58,082 nt of DNA from an uncultured virus (IMG/VR IMGVR_UViG_3300032829_000002) (IMGVR_UViG_3300032829_000002:62001-120082), one strand, 5' to 3'; shown: positions 9,658-20,254, counted from the stretch's first letter. Program-made: numbers and translations. The notes: a model not told the origin generated them from the letters alone.

Positions 9658-10967
9658 CCGTGCTCGACCATTTTCTTCTCGCGGCTCACCGCATGTCGAA
9701 GGCCGAGCAAGAGAAGCGCGCCTTCATCGAGGACTTGAAGAAGCTCCCGCGCCACGAGCTCGAGGCTCTCGCCAACGGCGAGAAGCTCGCGTTCAACGAG
9801 TGCGCTCCTGTCGACGGCAAGGTCGCTTGCTGGCTCGATCGTTTCAAGGGAACGCCTCTCTTCGAACAGGCCGTCGCGCTCGAGCAGCAAGAGCTCCAGC
9901 TCGACGCGCAGCGCATCCAGCACCGACTTCAGCAGCCGTCGATGGACAGCTTGTACACGCAGGAAGATCAGGTGCGTCTCCAGAAGCGGCTGCTCGAGCT
10001 CCAGCTCGCGCAGATCGAGGAGGAGGCGGCGCACACCGCCGCGGCAGCGGCTGCGCAGCCGAACACGCCGCCGGCCCCCGAGCTGACCGGCTCCCAAGGC
10101 GCCGGCGCTGTCGGCGCGGAGGAGCTCGACAACACCGAGGCGGTGCACAACCGCCCGGTCGGGTCTCCGGGATTGAAGCTGAGCTCGGCTTCCCTCGAGG
10201 ACGCCAAAGAGCGCATGCGCAAGACGGCGATGGACCCTGCTCTGATGGGCAAACTGCGTGGCGCGGCGCAGGCGACCAAGCAGACGGCGGTCAAGTTCAA
10301 GCCCGGCTCGCTTCCTCGCGCGCGCGACTTGAACGCGGAGGCGACGGCAATCGGGCGCGCGCGGCCGCGCCTCGAGGCGGTCGCAGACCCCTTCCCGAGC
10401 CGCAAGGTGGCGGAGGACCTGGCCAAGAAGCTCGCGCACGCGGATGCGGAGAAGCTGGCCTTCTCGCTGCCTCCAGGCATCGGCCAGGCGGCGAGCAACG
10501 TCTTCTCGAAGCTCGGACCCCAGGGGACCAAGGCGCTGGTCGGCGCGGGTCTCGGAGCCGCCGGCGGCGCGCTCATGGGTGGGCACGACGATCGCGGCTG
10601 GCACCCCGGCGGGATGCTCGCGGGCGCGCTCGGCGGCGCGGCGCTCGGTGGCGTGGCGGGGCATGTAGGCGGCAACGTCGCCGAGCAGATGGCGCGTGGC
10701 GCCCCGCTCCGTAAAGCGCTCGGTGCAGGTGCTGCTCTCAGTGGGCGGCAGGCGATGCGCGCGGCGCGCGCGGCGGAAACCGAGGTGCGCGGGCTGCGCG
10801 CATCGGCAGACCTGGCTGATCGAGTGAAGGCTCGAGGCGGCGCGCCCGCGGGGCTTCTCGGGTCAGGTGCACCTCCTGGAACGGTTCGTCAGGGGCCGAT
10901 CTCGGCGGCCTTCCGACAGCCGGAAGGAACGCTAGCGTCGGCAGGAGTCGCAAGCCCAAAAGCCTGA
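9654..10967 (+). CDS. Glycine-zipper putative internal/ejection protein
   Basis: GGAGG upstream of TTG start overlapping the previous stop; EKLAF twice; GAGLGAAGG/GALGGAALGG. Confidence 0.65.
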   Translation: MTVLDHFLLAAHRMSKAEQEKRAFIEDLKKLPRHELEALANGEKLAFNECAPVDGKVACWLDRFKGTPLFEQAVALEQQELQLDAQRIQHRLQQPSMDSLYTQEDQVRLQKRLLELQLAQIEEEAAHTAAAAAAQPNTPPAPELTGSQGAGAVGAEELDNTEAVHNRPVGSPGLKLSSASLEDAKERMRKTAMDPALMGKLRGAAQATKQTAVKFKPGSLPRARDLNAEATAIGRARPRLEAVADPFPSRKVAEDLAKKLAHADAEKLAFSLPPGIGQAASNVFSKLGPQGTKALVGAGLGAAGGALMGGHDDRGWHPGGMLAGALGGAALGGVAGHVGGNVAEQMARGAPLRKALGAGAALSGRQAMRAARAAETEVRGLRASADLADRVKARGGAPAGLLGSGAPPGTVRQGPISAAFRQPEGTLASAGVASPKA

Positions 10968-11029
10968 CGGGCGAGCTCGCTCCCGCGGGTCCGCCCACCA
11001 AAGCCGATTCGGTCGTTCAGCTCTCGCGC

Positions 11030-11449
11030 GTGCCGCAGTCCGAACAGCACGTCGTCAGCGGGAACGCGTCGCGCACGGGGCAGTCACCCACCCTGGCGTC
11101 AGCAGGAACGAACGCGCCTTCGAGTGTTCCCTCGAGCGTCCGTCCGCCGCAGCTCACCATGCAGTCAGTGCAGGAGCAGAAGGGCATCTTCAAGTCGCTC
11201 CCGGCGCAGTACCAGCAGATGATCGAACAGCACCCGCTGGTCACGCAGGAGGGCTTCGCGCCGCATGCCCTCGCGCAGGGCATCCTCGGCGATCAACGCC
11301 GCTTTGGTGGATTGGACGAAGCGTTCCGCAACTTCATGATGAACTCGGGCCAGCTCGGCAGCCCCGTGTCCGGACAGCTCAGCGCGCCTCGTGCTTCTTC
11401 GATTCCGCAGGTCACTGCGATGCGTTCGCAGATGGCTACTGGAAGGTAG
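11030..11449 (+). CDS. Hypothetical protein (start uncertain)
   Basis: Fills the gap in the operon; ends 2 nt before the next ATG. Confidence 0.45.
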   Translation: MPQSEQHVVSGNASRTGQSPTLASAGTNAPSSVPSSVRPPQLTMQSVQEQKGIFKSLPAQYQQMIEQHPLVTQEGFAPHALAQGILGDQRRFGGLDEAFRNFMMNSGQLGSPVSGQLSAPRASSIPQVTAMRSQMATGR

Positions 11450-11451
11450 CG

Positions 11452-12366
11452 ATGCCCGTCTCGATCACCATCAACGACTTCCTGGTTCGGTCGCTCGACA
11501 ACGCGCTGAATCAGGTGTCGTGGTCGATCGGAGACACGTCGGAAGATGTCCTCGACTACACCTTCCAGCTTCTTCGTTCCGAGTCACCGAGCGGGCCGTT
11601 CGACAAGCTGACCGAGCCCTTCAGCGATCGATTCTTCTTCATCGACAACGCCATCTACGTCGGCGACCGATGGCGGATGCTGCACTACCAGCTTCTCGTC
11701 ACGCACGTTCCGAGTGGCGATACGAAGACGTTCGGTCCTGTCACGCTCGAGCCCACTCCCGACTTGATTGCTCTCGAGCTCCGACGGCACATCCAGCTTC
11801 TCTTCCACGAGTACGCAGGTCGCCGCTGCTGGGTTCTTCCTGCACGCACGTTCGGACAGCGATGCGACTGCTGGAGTCCGACGTTGAAGAAGCGCACCCG
11901 ATCGCGCTGCGTGCGCTGCTACGACACGGGGTTCGTTCGCGGGTACCTCTCTCCGATCGAGGTGTGGATGCAGGTCGACCCCTCCGCGAAGAGCGAGCAG
12001 ACGTCGAACGTCGGGCCGCAGCAGCAGTCGAATACGACTGCCCGCTTGGGGTACTACCCGCCGCTCAAGCCGCGTGACTTGATCATCGAGTCCGAGAACC
12101 GCCGCTGGCACGTCGTTTCTGTTTCTTCGACCGAACACCTGCGTGCGACGGTGCATCAGGAAGTGCAGCTTCACGAAGTGCCTCCGCGTGACATCGAGTT
12201 CGAGATTCCTCTCAAGCTCGACGAGGCACTTCAGGACATCTACTTCGAGCCGCCGCGCAACTACACGATGCCGATGAACCTCGAGAACTTCTTGAAAGAG
12301 GAGATCCCCAACATCTTCTCGCTCTACAGAAACAGCATCCCGAATCCCGGAGACTTCGGGCAATGA
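11452..12366 (+). CDS. Putative neck/head-closure protein with Cys cluster
   Basis: FN3-like N-terminus; RCDC...CVRCYDTGF; beta-rich C-terminus; position. Confidence 0.5.
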   Translation: MPVSITINDFLVRSLDNALNQVSWSIGDTSEDVLDYTFQLLRSESPSGPFDKLTEPFSDRFFFIDNAIYVGDRWRMLHYQLLVTHVPSGDTKTFGPVTLEPTPDLIALELRRHIQLLFHEYAGRRCWVLPARTFGQRCDCWSPTLKKRTRSRCVRCYDTGFVRGYLSPIEVWMQVDPSAKSEQTSNVGPQQQSNTTARLGYYPPLKPRDLIIESENRRWHVVSVSSTEHLRATVHQEVQLHEVPPRDIEFEIPLKLDEALQDIYFEPPRNYTMPMNLENFLKEEIPNIFSLYRNSIPNPGDFGQ

Positions 12367-12743
12367 GCCTTCCGTTCCTGTTCGAGTACCTGCCCGAGGT
12401 CGCTCCCGAACCCGTGAAGCTCGCGGAGGAGATGCCGTCTGCCGGCGTTCCTCTTACGAAGGACACGATGCTCGCAGGGCTACTTGGAGCAGGAACGATC
12501 GCTGCGGGAACTGGCCTTGGGTACGGAGCTGGTAAGCTATTGGGGTACGGTGCAGATCTCGCGAGTCAGCGGCTGTTCGGGCACCCGGTTCCAACCGAGT
12601 ACCTTCCACCCGCTCTCGGCGTTCTCGGAGGTCTGGCAGGTGCAGTGCAGTCCGCCAAGGTGATGAAGAAGTACAAGGAGCTCTTGCGCCATGCCTACGA
12701 AGAATCCCAGAGTCGAGCCGCACGGGGAGCTGCCGGAGAGTAG
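12363..12743 (+). CDS. Small glycine-zipper protein
   Basis: VKLAE motif then two hydrophobic GxxxG helices. Confidence 0.6.
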   Translation: MSLPFLFEYLPEVAPEPVKLAEEMPSAGVPLTKDTMLAGLLGAGTIAAGTGLGYGAGKLLGYGADLASQRLFGHPVPTEYLPPALGVLGGLAGAVQSAKVMKKYKELLRHAYEESQSRAARGAAGE

Positions 12744-13644
12744 CTTCAAGTACAACCCGCTCCAGCACGTGCGCTTCTTGTACGTGTCGTTCGTACAGGG
12801 ACTCTTCTACTCCGCCCCTCGCGGGCAGTACCACTGGGAGTCGGACGACCAATCGACCGAGCTCTTCATCTCCGCCGAGTCGCCGATCAAGGTCGAGACG
12901 CTCAACATGCGCCCGTGCATCACCTTCACGCGCGCGCCGATCGGATTCCATCACCTCGGCTTCGACGACATGGACCAGTACGACTTCGCCACGGGTCGGA
13001 AGATCAAGTCGTTGCTGATTCCAGGCACGATGGTCATCAACTGCTGCTCGCGCAGCGACCTCGAGAGCGAGCATCTTGCGTGGGTGACGGCGGAGCACAT
13101 CTGGCTTCTTCGAGACCTGCTGATGAAGCAGGGCTTCTACGACGTCGGACGCAACATCCAAGTGGGCTCGCCGAGCGCCGCAGGAGCGATCATCGAGGGA
13201 GATGGTGCTGACGAGTGGTTCTGCACATCAGTGACGTCGCCGTACCAGTTCTATCGAACGAGCGCGCGTACGCCGCTCGCAACGGGCATCATCCAGAACG
13301 TGCAGCTTGCTCTTTCGATGATGCAGCCGTGCCCGATTCGTCCTGGGATGGCGCCGTCGATTGGTGCCGGCGGCAATCCGCCGTTCCTCGAGGTGACGAC
13401 GCGTCCTGGGCCGTTTGCGCCGGGAGCGCCCGATCCGAACGCGCTTCCGATGGCGGCGCATCCCCTCAACCCGGCGCAGCAGGTGGTCATCCGCCGCGCG
13501 CGCACGGGTCCGTACGGACTTCGTCCTCCGGGTATCGGCAACAAGACCTTTCTCAATCTTCAGGGGGCGGTCCTTCCCATATCCGGCACCGACGTGAAAG
13601 AATGTGATTCAACCCCGGTCGCAACGACCACGGTGAAGGTCTGA
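12691..13644 (+). CDS. Putative tail terminator/tail completion protein
   Basis: RPCITFTR motif; located just before the sheath gene. Confidence 0.5.
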   Translation: MPTKNPRVEPHGELPESSFKYNPLQHVRFLYVSFVQGLFYSAPRGQYHWESDDQSTELFISAESPIKVETLNMRPCITFTRAPIGFHHLGFDDMDQYDFATGRKIKSLLIPGTMVINCCSRSDLESEHLAWVTAEHIWLLRDLLMKQGFYDVGRNIQVGSPSAAGAIIEGDGADEWFCTSVTSPYQFYRTSARTPLATGIIQNVQLALSMMQPCPIRPGMAPSIGAGGNPPFLEVTTRPGPFAPGAPDPNALPMAAHPLNPAQQVVIRRARTGPYGLRPPGIGNKTFLNLQGAVLPISGTDVKECDSTPVATTTVKV

Positions 13645-14148
13645 ATGGACTCCACGACTCTTTGCGTAAAAGGCTGCGGAAAGCCGACGGCAACGTCTGG
13701 TCGACGCTGCTTTGTATGCCTGGAGAAGCAGCGCAGGGACAACCGACGCTACTACGCCAAGCGTGTGGCGCGAGGGCAGTGTCCATCGTGTCGAAAGTCC
13801 GCAGAGGTCGGCATTTTCTGCTTCAAGCACTGGCTCAAGAATGTGGGAGTTCCCCATGGGCTGGGGAATGGGAAGGGCATCGCTCTTCTTCAGCGCTTGT
13901 GGGAGGAGCAGAAAGGGCAGTGCGCCATTACCGGAGAGACTTTGATCCCCGGTGCTACTGCCAGCATCGATCACATCATTCCGAAGTCTCGCGGGGGCGC
14001 GAGCGTAAATGGGAACCTCCAGTGGGTTCTTCTACAAGTCAACCGCATCAAGTGGGACATGACCAACGAGGAGTTCGTCGAGACTTGTAGAAAAGTCGTT
14101 CGAGCAGCCGATCGTAGGTCCAACGAACAGATGGCAAGGAGCAACTGA
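13645..14148 (+). CDS. HNH endonuclease (probable homing endonuclease)
   Basis: QKGQCAITG...SIDHIIPKSRGG...NLQWV...N..K; N-terminal CxxC pairs; atypical codon usage. Confidence 0.85.
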   Translation: MDSTTLCVKGCGKPTATSGRRCFVCLEKQRRDNRRYYAKRVARGQCPSCRKSAEVGIFCFKHWLKNVGVPHGLGNGKGIALLQRLWEEQKGQCAITGETLIPGATASIDHIIPKSRGGASVNGNLQWVLLQVNRIKWDMTNEEFVETCRKVVRAADRRSNEQMARSN

Positions 14149-14150
14149 CT

Positions 14151-17000
14151 ATGGCGGCAGAACTTCCGAAGCCCGGCGTCGAGGTGATCCAGCAGTTCCG
14201 GACCACCTCCCCGACGGTCGTCACCCCCACCCTCGTTCCGTGCATCGTCGGCGCCTGCAAGCAGATCGTCGATGCCGTGAGCACCAGCGCAGCCGGCGCG
14301 CAAGCCGTGAACACGGGAGCACTCGTCAGCCTCCCCGCGGTCTTCACCGCGATCGCGGCGGGCGGCGGACCGCCGGTCGTCTACACTCTCAACGGCAACC
14401 TGCTCTTCTCGGTGAACGGCCAAGTCGATGTCACCGTCACCTTCGCGAGCGGAACCTACACGCCCGCGACGGTCGTGCAGATGATCAACGCGGCGCTCGC
14501 GGCCGTCGGCGAGTCGGATGCATACGCCGAGCTCGTTGGCACTGCGCAGTGGCGCCTGCGTACGACGGGAACGGGCGACAGCCAGTTCCTCACGATCGAC
14601 GGCGCCTCGACGGCAGGTGTGCTCACCGCCTTCGGCTTCCTGTCGGGTGGTGAGACGCGCTTCGGCGCGGGCAGCTACGCCGGCTGGCAGGTGCGCATTC
14701 CGACGACGGCGTTTCCGGACCCGCGCGGGAACATGTCGCAGCTCTCCATCGATCCGGCGACGGTCCGCGCGTTCCTCGGAACGGGTGCGACCAACACGCT
14801 CCTCGAGGCACTGCGCACGTCGTCCGTGCTCCGCAAGGGCGGCGCGGTCGCTGCGATCGACGACGGCAACGGCAACAACACGACCCCGTTCGTGGAGATG
14901 TCGGGTGAGGACTTCACCTCCGTGTCGACGCCTGCGACAGTAGCGACGGTGACGGGCGCGGGTGGTCCCACCTTCGCTTCGCTCGACGGCAAGACGCTCA
15001 TCATCTCGGATGGGCGCGCGCCGAAGACGGTCACCTTCAACAATCCGGGAAGCGCGGCCGCAGTGGCGGCGCAGATTCAGGCAGCGTTCAACCCGCTCGA
15101 CGGGTTGACGTGCACGCTCAGCGGCAGCGATCTCGTGCTCACCTGCACGCGCCTGCGCGAGGACGGTCTCACGACCGCGCTCGGCGAGGATTCGGAGATC
15201 GTGATCTACGGCGGCTCGGCGGTCTACCCGACCAACCTGCTCGACTCCGGCCTCACGCCGACCGTCAAGATCGCTCGCTACGTCGGCTCGCCGATGGCGG
15301 CGAAGGCGGGCGACGAGCTCTGGGTCGATGGTGTCTACATCGGCCTCATCAGCCAAGTGGCTCCGGGTTCGCACAATGCGCGCTTGAAGCTCAACACCGA
15401 GGTGCTGACGACCTTCACGGGTACGCACTTCTACGTCGTCGCCAAGAACCTTCAGCCGATGCCTACGATGACTGGCCGTCCCGCGCCGAACCTCATCGTC
15501 GACACCTCGGGCAACGCGTTGCTCAAGCTCGGCATCCTGCGCGACACGACCGGCAAGATCGTCGAGGCAGCCACGGCCTCTTCGCTTCTTCCGGGGCGCG
15601 CGCCGATGTACGTCGCGTACCACGCGCTTCGCCTCGACGTCACGCAGAAGGCCGCCAATCCGGGATTGCTGCGCGTCAACGACACCATCCAGCTCGGCAA
15701 CCTGCTCGACCCGGTGTCCCCCGACAACCCGCTCGCGCTCGGCATGTACTTCGCGCTGCTCAATGGTCCGGGCATCCAGGTGACCGGCCTTGGAGTCGAC
15801 GCGGTCGCTGCGAACGAGCCGTACGGTACTGTCGACGCCTTCACGCGCGCGGCGACGTACCTCGAAGCGTTCGAGGTCTACGGCCTCGTTCCGCTCACGC
15901 ACGAGAGCTCGGTCGCCGAGGTCTTCAAGACCCACGTCGACACGATGAGCGCGCCGGCGAACAAGGGAGAGCGCATCTGCTTGTTCAACCCGGACAAGCC
16001 GACGCACAAGGTCCACACGCTCGTCGCCAGCGGCGTCAACGGCAACAGCGTGGGCAACACGGGCCTCACGTTCGACACGGGTGTGTCGAACCTCGCCGCG
16101 CTCCTGCTCGCGCAGGGCATCGACCCGACCGGCGCGATTCCGGTCTCGGCGGGTCTCTTCTTGAACATCGCGGCGGACACGAACAACTACAACATCTCCG
16201 CGATCTCCGGCTCGGTCGTCACCGTCAACGAGACGTTCTCGCCGCAGCAGAACTCGGACGGCTTCTACGCGACGACGTCGATGTCGACGCCGCTCATCGA
16301 AGAGCCGTTCGCGATCCGCATCCGCGGCGCGGCGCTCACGCTCACCGACGGCTCGCCCGACAAGGATGGCATCGCCGACACGTACGCTGCGCTCGCGCAG
16401 ACGTACCTCGATCGCCGCTTCTGGCAGATCGTGCCGGACAAGTGCAAGGCCGTGCTCAACGGCATCGAGCAGCTCATCGAGGGCTTCTTCATGGCGGCGG
16501 CGATCGCCGGCATGATCGGCCAGCAGCCGCCGCAGCAGTCGTTCACCAACTTCCCGATGACCGGCTTCACCGGCGTCGTGGGGTCGAACGACTTCTTCAG
16601 CGAGAGCCAGATGAACCGCATGGCGGCTGGCGGAAACTACATCGTCATTCAAGAGGTCGACGGCGCGCCGCTCACCTCGCGCATGGCGCTGACCACCGAC
16701 ATGAGCTCGATCGAGACCCGCACGGACTCGATCACGAAGATCGTCGACTTCTGCGCCAAGTTCTACCGCCGTGGCCTGAAGAACTTCATCGGGCGGTTCA
16801 ACATCACGCAGGGCTTCCTCGACTCGCTCGGCCACGTGCTCGAGGGTCTGTCGAGCTTCCTCAAGGAAGCGGGCGTCCTCATCGGGGCGAAGATCAACAA
16901 CATCGTGCAGGACGACACGGCACCGGACACGGTGCTCGTGGACATCACGCTCGATGTTCCGTACCCCTGCAACTACATTCGTTTGACGCTCACCATCTGA
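14151..17000 (+). CDS. Contractile tail sheath protein
   Basis: N-terminal KPGVEVIQ; C-terminal DITLDVPYPCNYIRLTL; 949 aa. Confidence 0.9.
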   Translation: MAAELPKPGVEVIQQFRTTSPTVVTPTLVPCIVGACKQIVDAVSTSAAGAQAVNTGALVSLPAVFTAIAAGGGPPVVYTLNGNLLFSVNGQVDVTVTFASGTYTPATVVQMINAALAAVGESDAYAELVGTAQWRLRTTGTGDSQFLTIDGASTAGVLTAFGFLSGGETRFGAGSYAGWQVRIPTTAFPDPRGNMSQLSIDPATVRAFLGTGATNTLLEALRTSSVLRKGGAVAAIDDGNGNNTTPFVEMSGEDFTSVSTPATVATVTGAGGPTFASLDGKTLIISDGRAPKTVTFNNPGSAAAVAAQIQAAFNPLDGLTCTLSGSDLVLTCTRLREDGLTTALGEDSEIVIYGGSAVYPTNLLDSGLTPTVKIARYVGSPMAAKAGDELWVDGVYIGLISQVAPGSHNARLKLNTEVLTTFTGTHFYVVAKNLQPMPTMTGRPAPNLIVDTSGNALLKLGILRDTTGKIVEAATASSLLPGRAPMYVAYHALRLDVTQKAANPGLLRVNDTIQLGNLLDPVSPDNPLALGMYFALLNGPGIQVTGLGVDAVAANEPYGTVDAFTRAATYLEAFEVYGLVPLTHESSVAEVFKTHVDTMSAPANKGERICLFNPDKPTHKVHTLVASGVNGNSVGNTGLTFDTGVSNLAALLLAQGIDPTGAIPVSAGLFLNIAADTNNYNISAISGSVVTVNETFSPQQNSDGFYATTSMSTPLIEEPFAIRIRGAALTLTDGSPDKDGIADTYAALAQTYLDRRFWQIVPDKCKAVLNGIEQLIEGFFMAAAIAGMIGQQPPQQSFTNFPMTGFTGVVGSNDFFSESQMNRMAAGGNYIVIQEVDGAPLTSRMALTTDMSSIETRTDSITKIVDFCAKFYRRGLKNFIGRFNITQGFLDSLGHVLEGLSSFLKEAGVLIGAKINNIVQDDTAPDTVLVDITLDVPYPCNYIRLTLTI

Positions 17001-17028
17001 GCCGGTGACAAGGTGAAGGAGTAAGTCG

Positions 17029-17784
17029 ATGGCAGGCAACTTCAGCGATTGGTCGCCGTACAGCAACTACGTCCAGGCGGGACTGGTTGATGGTCGCTAC
17101 GCGACGGCCGGCTTCACGATGCTCGCGGCGGGTCCGCCCCGTCTCGCGAACATCGGCGGTGCAGCGGGCCTGGCACTCGCCGTCTCCGGCAACGGACAGG
17201 CGGCGAACCAGGTCGTTCTGCCGGTGGGCATCGTGCAGAACTTCAACCTCTCGCACACCCGCAACTTCAGCCGCATCTTCGAGATCGGCTCGGAGCGGTC
17301 GTACTTCATCGCGGGGCGCACCGTCGGGCAGATCGGCCTCGGCCGCATCTACTACCACGGCGTGTCGCTTCTGCGCATCCTGTACGCCTACTACCAGGAC
17401 CTCGTTCCTCCGACGATCGTTCCGGCGCTCTTTCCGAACGCGGGCGCTGCGACGATGTCGAACCCGCACGACGTCGTCATCCCGCCGGGATACGAGAACA
17501 TCTTCATCAACCTGGCCTCGGATCTGTTCGCGCAGCCGATCGGCCTGTTGATGTACATCCGCGACATCAACCTCGCGACGCTCGGCGCGGCCTTCTTCGA
17601 GGCGTGCTACATCCCGAACCACGTCTGGGCGACCGACTCGCAGGGCGTGCTCATCCAAGAGAACGTCGCGGTCCAATTCGAGCGCGCGGTGCCCGTGTCG
17701 GTGGCGGCGCTCACGCTCATCAGCACGACCACGTCGTCGAACGCCGGCGGCGCGAACATGACCTTCCCCGGCTTGCCGGGCTGA
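17029..17784 (+). CDS. Tail tube protein
   Basis: Follows sheath; IFEIGS...GRT.G.I...R and VLIQENVAVQFE motifs. Confidence 0.75.
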   Translation: MAGNFSDWSPYSNYVQAGLVDGRYATAGFTMLAAGPPRLANIGGAAGLALAVSGNGQAANQVVLPVGIVQNFNLSHTRNFSRIFEIGSERSYFIAGRTVGQIGLGRIYYHGVSLLRILYAYYQDLVPPTIVPALFPNAGAATMSNPHDVVIPPGYENIFINLASDLFAQPIGLLMYIRDINLATLGAAFFEACYIPNHVWATDSQGVLIQENVAVQFERAVPVSVAALTLISTTTSSNAGGANMTFPGLPG

Positions 17785-17796
17785 TAGGAGAACAAG

Positions 17797-18180
17797 ATGG
17801 GGACGCCGTTCTCCTTCCAGGGCTCGCTCAGCTTTCCGCCGGACGCCAGCGTCCCGCCGGAGCTCGTGGGCGTTGTCTTCTCCGCGCAGTACGACCAGTT
17901 CAACTGGTCGGTGATGAAGCTGACGGGGGCGGGCACCAAGGTCGTCCCCTTCGGCAACATCGGAGCGCCGGGAGTCAAAGCGGCACTCATCAAGGTGGAC
18001 CCCGACCCCCTGGCGGCTCCCGTGAGCCTTCAGTGGAACGGCGGGGGCGCGCCAGGGCAGCAAGAAGTGGCGCCGGGTGGTTTCCTGATGCTGGGCTCCG
18101 CCAACCCCGTCTCGGGGCTGACGTCGCTCAGCATCGTGTACACCACGGCCGTCACGGTCCGTGTACTCCTGCTAGGCTGA
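17797..18180 (+). CDS. Hypothetical beta-rich structural protein
   Basis: AGGAG RBS; operon position. Confidence 0.6.
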   Translation: MGTPFSFQGSLSFPPDASVPPELVGVVFSAQYDQFNWSVMKLTGAGTKVVPFGNIGAPGVKAALIKVDPDPLAAPVSLQWNGGGAPGQQEVAPGGFLMLGSANPVSGLTSLSIVYTTAVTVRVLLLG

Positions 18181-18216
18181 TCATGGACACTCCCATCTTT
18201 TCCTGGAGGCTCTCTC

Positions 18217-18504
18217 GTGGACGTCAACACCGCTCTGATCACCATGGCGATCTCCGCGGTCACCGGCATCGGGGCAGCCGCTCTATTCCTCTGGAGAACC
18301 GCGGGTGCCTGGCACACGTTCAAGCAGAAGACCACGGATGACATTCACGAGTTGCGCAGAGACTGCGACGACCTCGAGGAAGATCTGAACAAGCACGACA
18401 GGGAGTTGAAGGACTTCATCGCTGACCAAAGCAGACAATGGCGGGACATCAGTAGGTCGCTTGGTGTGATCGAGGGAACTCAAAACCGGAGAAGCAAACC
18501 ATGA
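18217..18504 (+). CDS. Single-TM plus coiled-coil protein (holin-like)
   Basis: GGAGG RBS; N-terminal hydrophobic helix then coiled coil. Confidence 0.5.
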   Translation: MDVNTALITMAISAVTGIGAAALFLWRTAGAWHTFKQKTTDDIHELRRDCDDLEEDLNKHDRELKDFIADQSRQWRDISRSLGVIEGTQNRRSKP

Positions 18505-18749
18505 CTCAGCCCAAAACGTCCAGCGCGCCGCCCGCAGCGACGGAGGTTCCCTCGAGGCCGCCTCGTCGTCGCATCTCTGGTTCGTTGATGCTCTCCCCCG
18601 AGGTCATCGAGATGAAGAGGGAGCAAGAAGAGGCGAAGAGACGTGCGGCGCGCCTCGCGGCGTTGGTTGCCCCCTCTCCCGATCTCTCCCCCGAACTCGT
18701 TCCCGATCCCTTCCCGAGCTACGCAGTGACCGCTACCGAAAAGAAATGA
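18501..18749 (+). CDS. Hypothetical protein
   Basis: ATGA overlaps at both ends. Confidence 0.5.
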   Translation: MTQPKTSSAPPAATEVPSRPPRRRISGSLMLSPEVIEMKREQEEAKRRAARLAALVAPSPDLSPELVPDPFPSYAVTATEKK

Positions 18750-19540
18750 CCCGTCCGAACGAAGAGCTGATGCGCCACTACGGCACCGATGTCGACTTCC
18801 AAGAGAAGGAAGCCGGGATCTCGCCGTTCGCGCAGCGTTTGCTCTTCGCGATGCTCGCCATGCGTATGGCGCAGCACGTCGGTGGTGAGATGAGCGAGCA
18901 GAGGCAGCAGGCGATCGCCATGAACGATGCCTTCCGCGCTTTGCAGCTTCAGCAGATGGCCTCCACGATCGGTAATGCGCAGCATGCGCAAGCGCCAGTG
19001 TTCGCACCGCCGGGTGCGGACCTCGGGTACCTGCCGTACCCAGTGCCGATCGGGATGGACGCGGGTATGGTCCGCGTAGCCTCCGCTCTCGGTGCGGAGC
19101 TGGCGCAGATGGAGAAAGAGGCAGGAATCATGAGCGGGATGGCGGGACTTCTTTCGAAGTCTCCCAACCTGGCGAAGCCCTTTCAGCAGGTTGGGCACGC
19201 GTTGCAGGCTCCCGTGCGCGCAGCGCAAGCCGCGGCCGCGTCTCCGATGGGACAGAAGATCGTTGGTGGTCTTCAGAAGGCACGCGACGTTGCTGCGCCC
19301 GTTGCTCAGAAGGCCGTTGCTGGAGCTAAGACTGTTGGTCGTGGCGCTCTCGCTGGTGGTCTCGTAGGTGCGGGTCTTCTTGGCGGCACCGCCTACCTGG
19401 CCTCGAAGCCGGTGCTCGGCTACCTCTCCCGCGAGCAGGGTCCAGCGGACTGGGGCGAGACCACCTACGGCGCTCCGCAACTCGCGCACGGCATCAACCA
19501 GTATGGGCAGCCCCAACTCGGGACGCCTTTCATTCGATAA
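18746..19540 (+). CDS. Glycine-zipper putative internal protein
   Basis: EKEAG twice; GALAGGLVGAGLLGG. Confidence 0.65.
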   Translation: MTRPNEELMRHYGTDVDFQEKEAGISPFAQRLLFAMLAMRMAQHVGGEMSEQRQQAIAMNDAFRALQLQQMASTIGNAQHAQAPVFAPPGADLGYLPYPVPIGMDAGMVRVASALGAELAQMEKEAGIMSGMAGLLSKSPNLAKPFQQVGHALQAPVRAAQAAAASPMGQKIVGGLQKARDVAAPVAQKAVAGAKTVGRGALAGGLVGAGLLGGTAYLASKPVLGYLSREQGPADWGETTYGAPQLAHGINQYGQPQLGTPFIR

Positions 19541-19552
19541 GGAGAAGAAGAC

Positions 19553-20254
19553 ATGAGCCTCGGTTCGGGACTGTTCACGAAGCCCACGGCGGGAAAGCCG
19601 CATATCGTCAAGAATCGTCTGGACGGAGTCGGCGGCGAAGTCGGCAAGCTCCGTGCAGATCTCGCCAAGGAGCTCGCTCCGTTGGCTGCGATTGCAGTCG
19701 AGGAGTGGTCTGCACCGCCGGCGGCAGCGACCAACCTCATCAAGACGAGCATCGCGACCGTCGCATCCGCGGTGACCTACAAGGGCACCGACCTCAACGG
19801 AAGCGTCGGCGCGGCGAAGTTCGCACCGCGTCCGATCTCCTGCGCACTCGGTGCGGGCGCGCACTACGCGGGCTCGGCCACGATCCAGGGCTACGATGCC
19901 CAGGGCGTCTACATCACCGACACGATCGCGCTCGCGGGCAATGGCGGCACGACGCAGCACACGGCGAAGTACTTCGCGCAGGTGCTCGCGATCGTTCTGC
20001 CGGCGCAGCTCGACACGAGCGGCACGCTCGCGTTCGGTCTCTACGGAAACAACATCGGCCTCTCGCGGACGCCGAAGGCGCGCACGACCGCCCTTTTCCT
20101 GCTCCACGAGTTCGAAGACGGAGCGGTGGCAGGCACCGCAGGAGCTCTCATTGCTGCGGGGTCGGCGGCTCCGTACGGCGCGTACACGCCGCACGACGCA
20201 CCGAACGGCACGCACAACTACGCGATCTACTACGAGTTCGACGCGACGGTCTAG
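19553..20254 (+). CDS. Hypothetical virion structural protein
   Basis: AAGGAG RBS; Ala/Gly/Thr-rich beta protein. Confidence 0.6.
   Translation: MSLGSGLFTKPTAGKPHIVKNRLDGVGGEVGKLRADLAKELAPLAAIAVEEWSAPPAAATNLIKTSIATVASAVTYKGTDLNGSVGAAKFAPRPISCALGAGAHYAGSATIQGYDAQGVYITDTIALAGNGGTTQHTAKYFAQVLAIVLPAQLDTSGTLAFGLYGNNIGLSRTPKARTTALFLLHEFEDGAVAGTAGALIAAGSAAPYGAYTPHDAPNGTHNYAIYYEFDATV

Noticed and set aside
14151..17784. Sheath and tube as a contractile injection system or tailocin
   Set aside because: Capsid, protease and scaffold genes in the same operon indicate a complete phage
19536..19544. ATAAGG here (also near 48434 and 50945) as copies of the promoter motif
   Set aside because: Lack the final A and the upstream GG; explained by a stop codon plus RBS or by coding sequence
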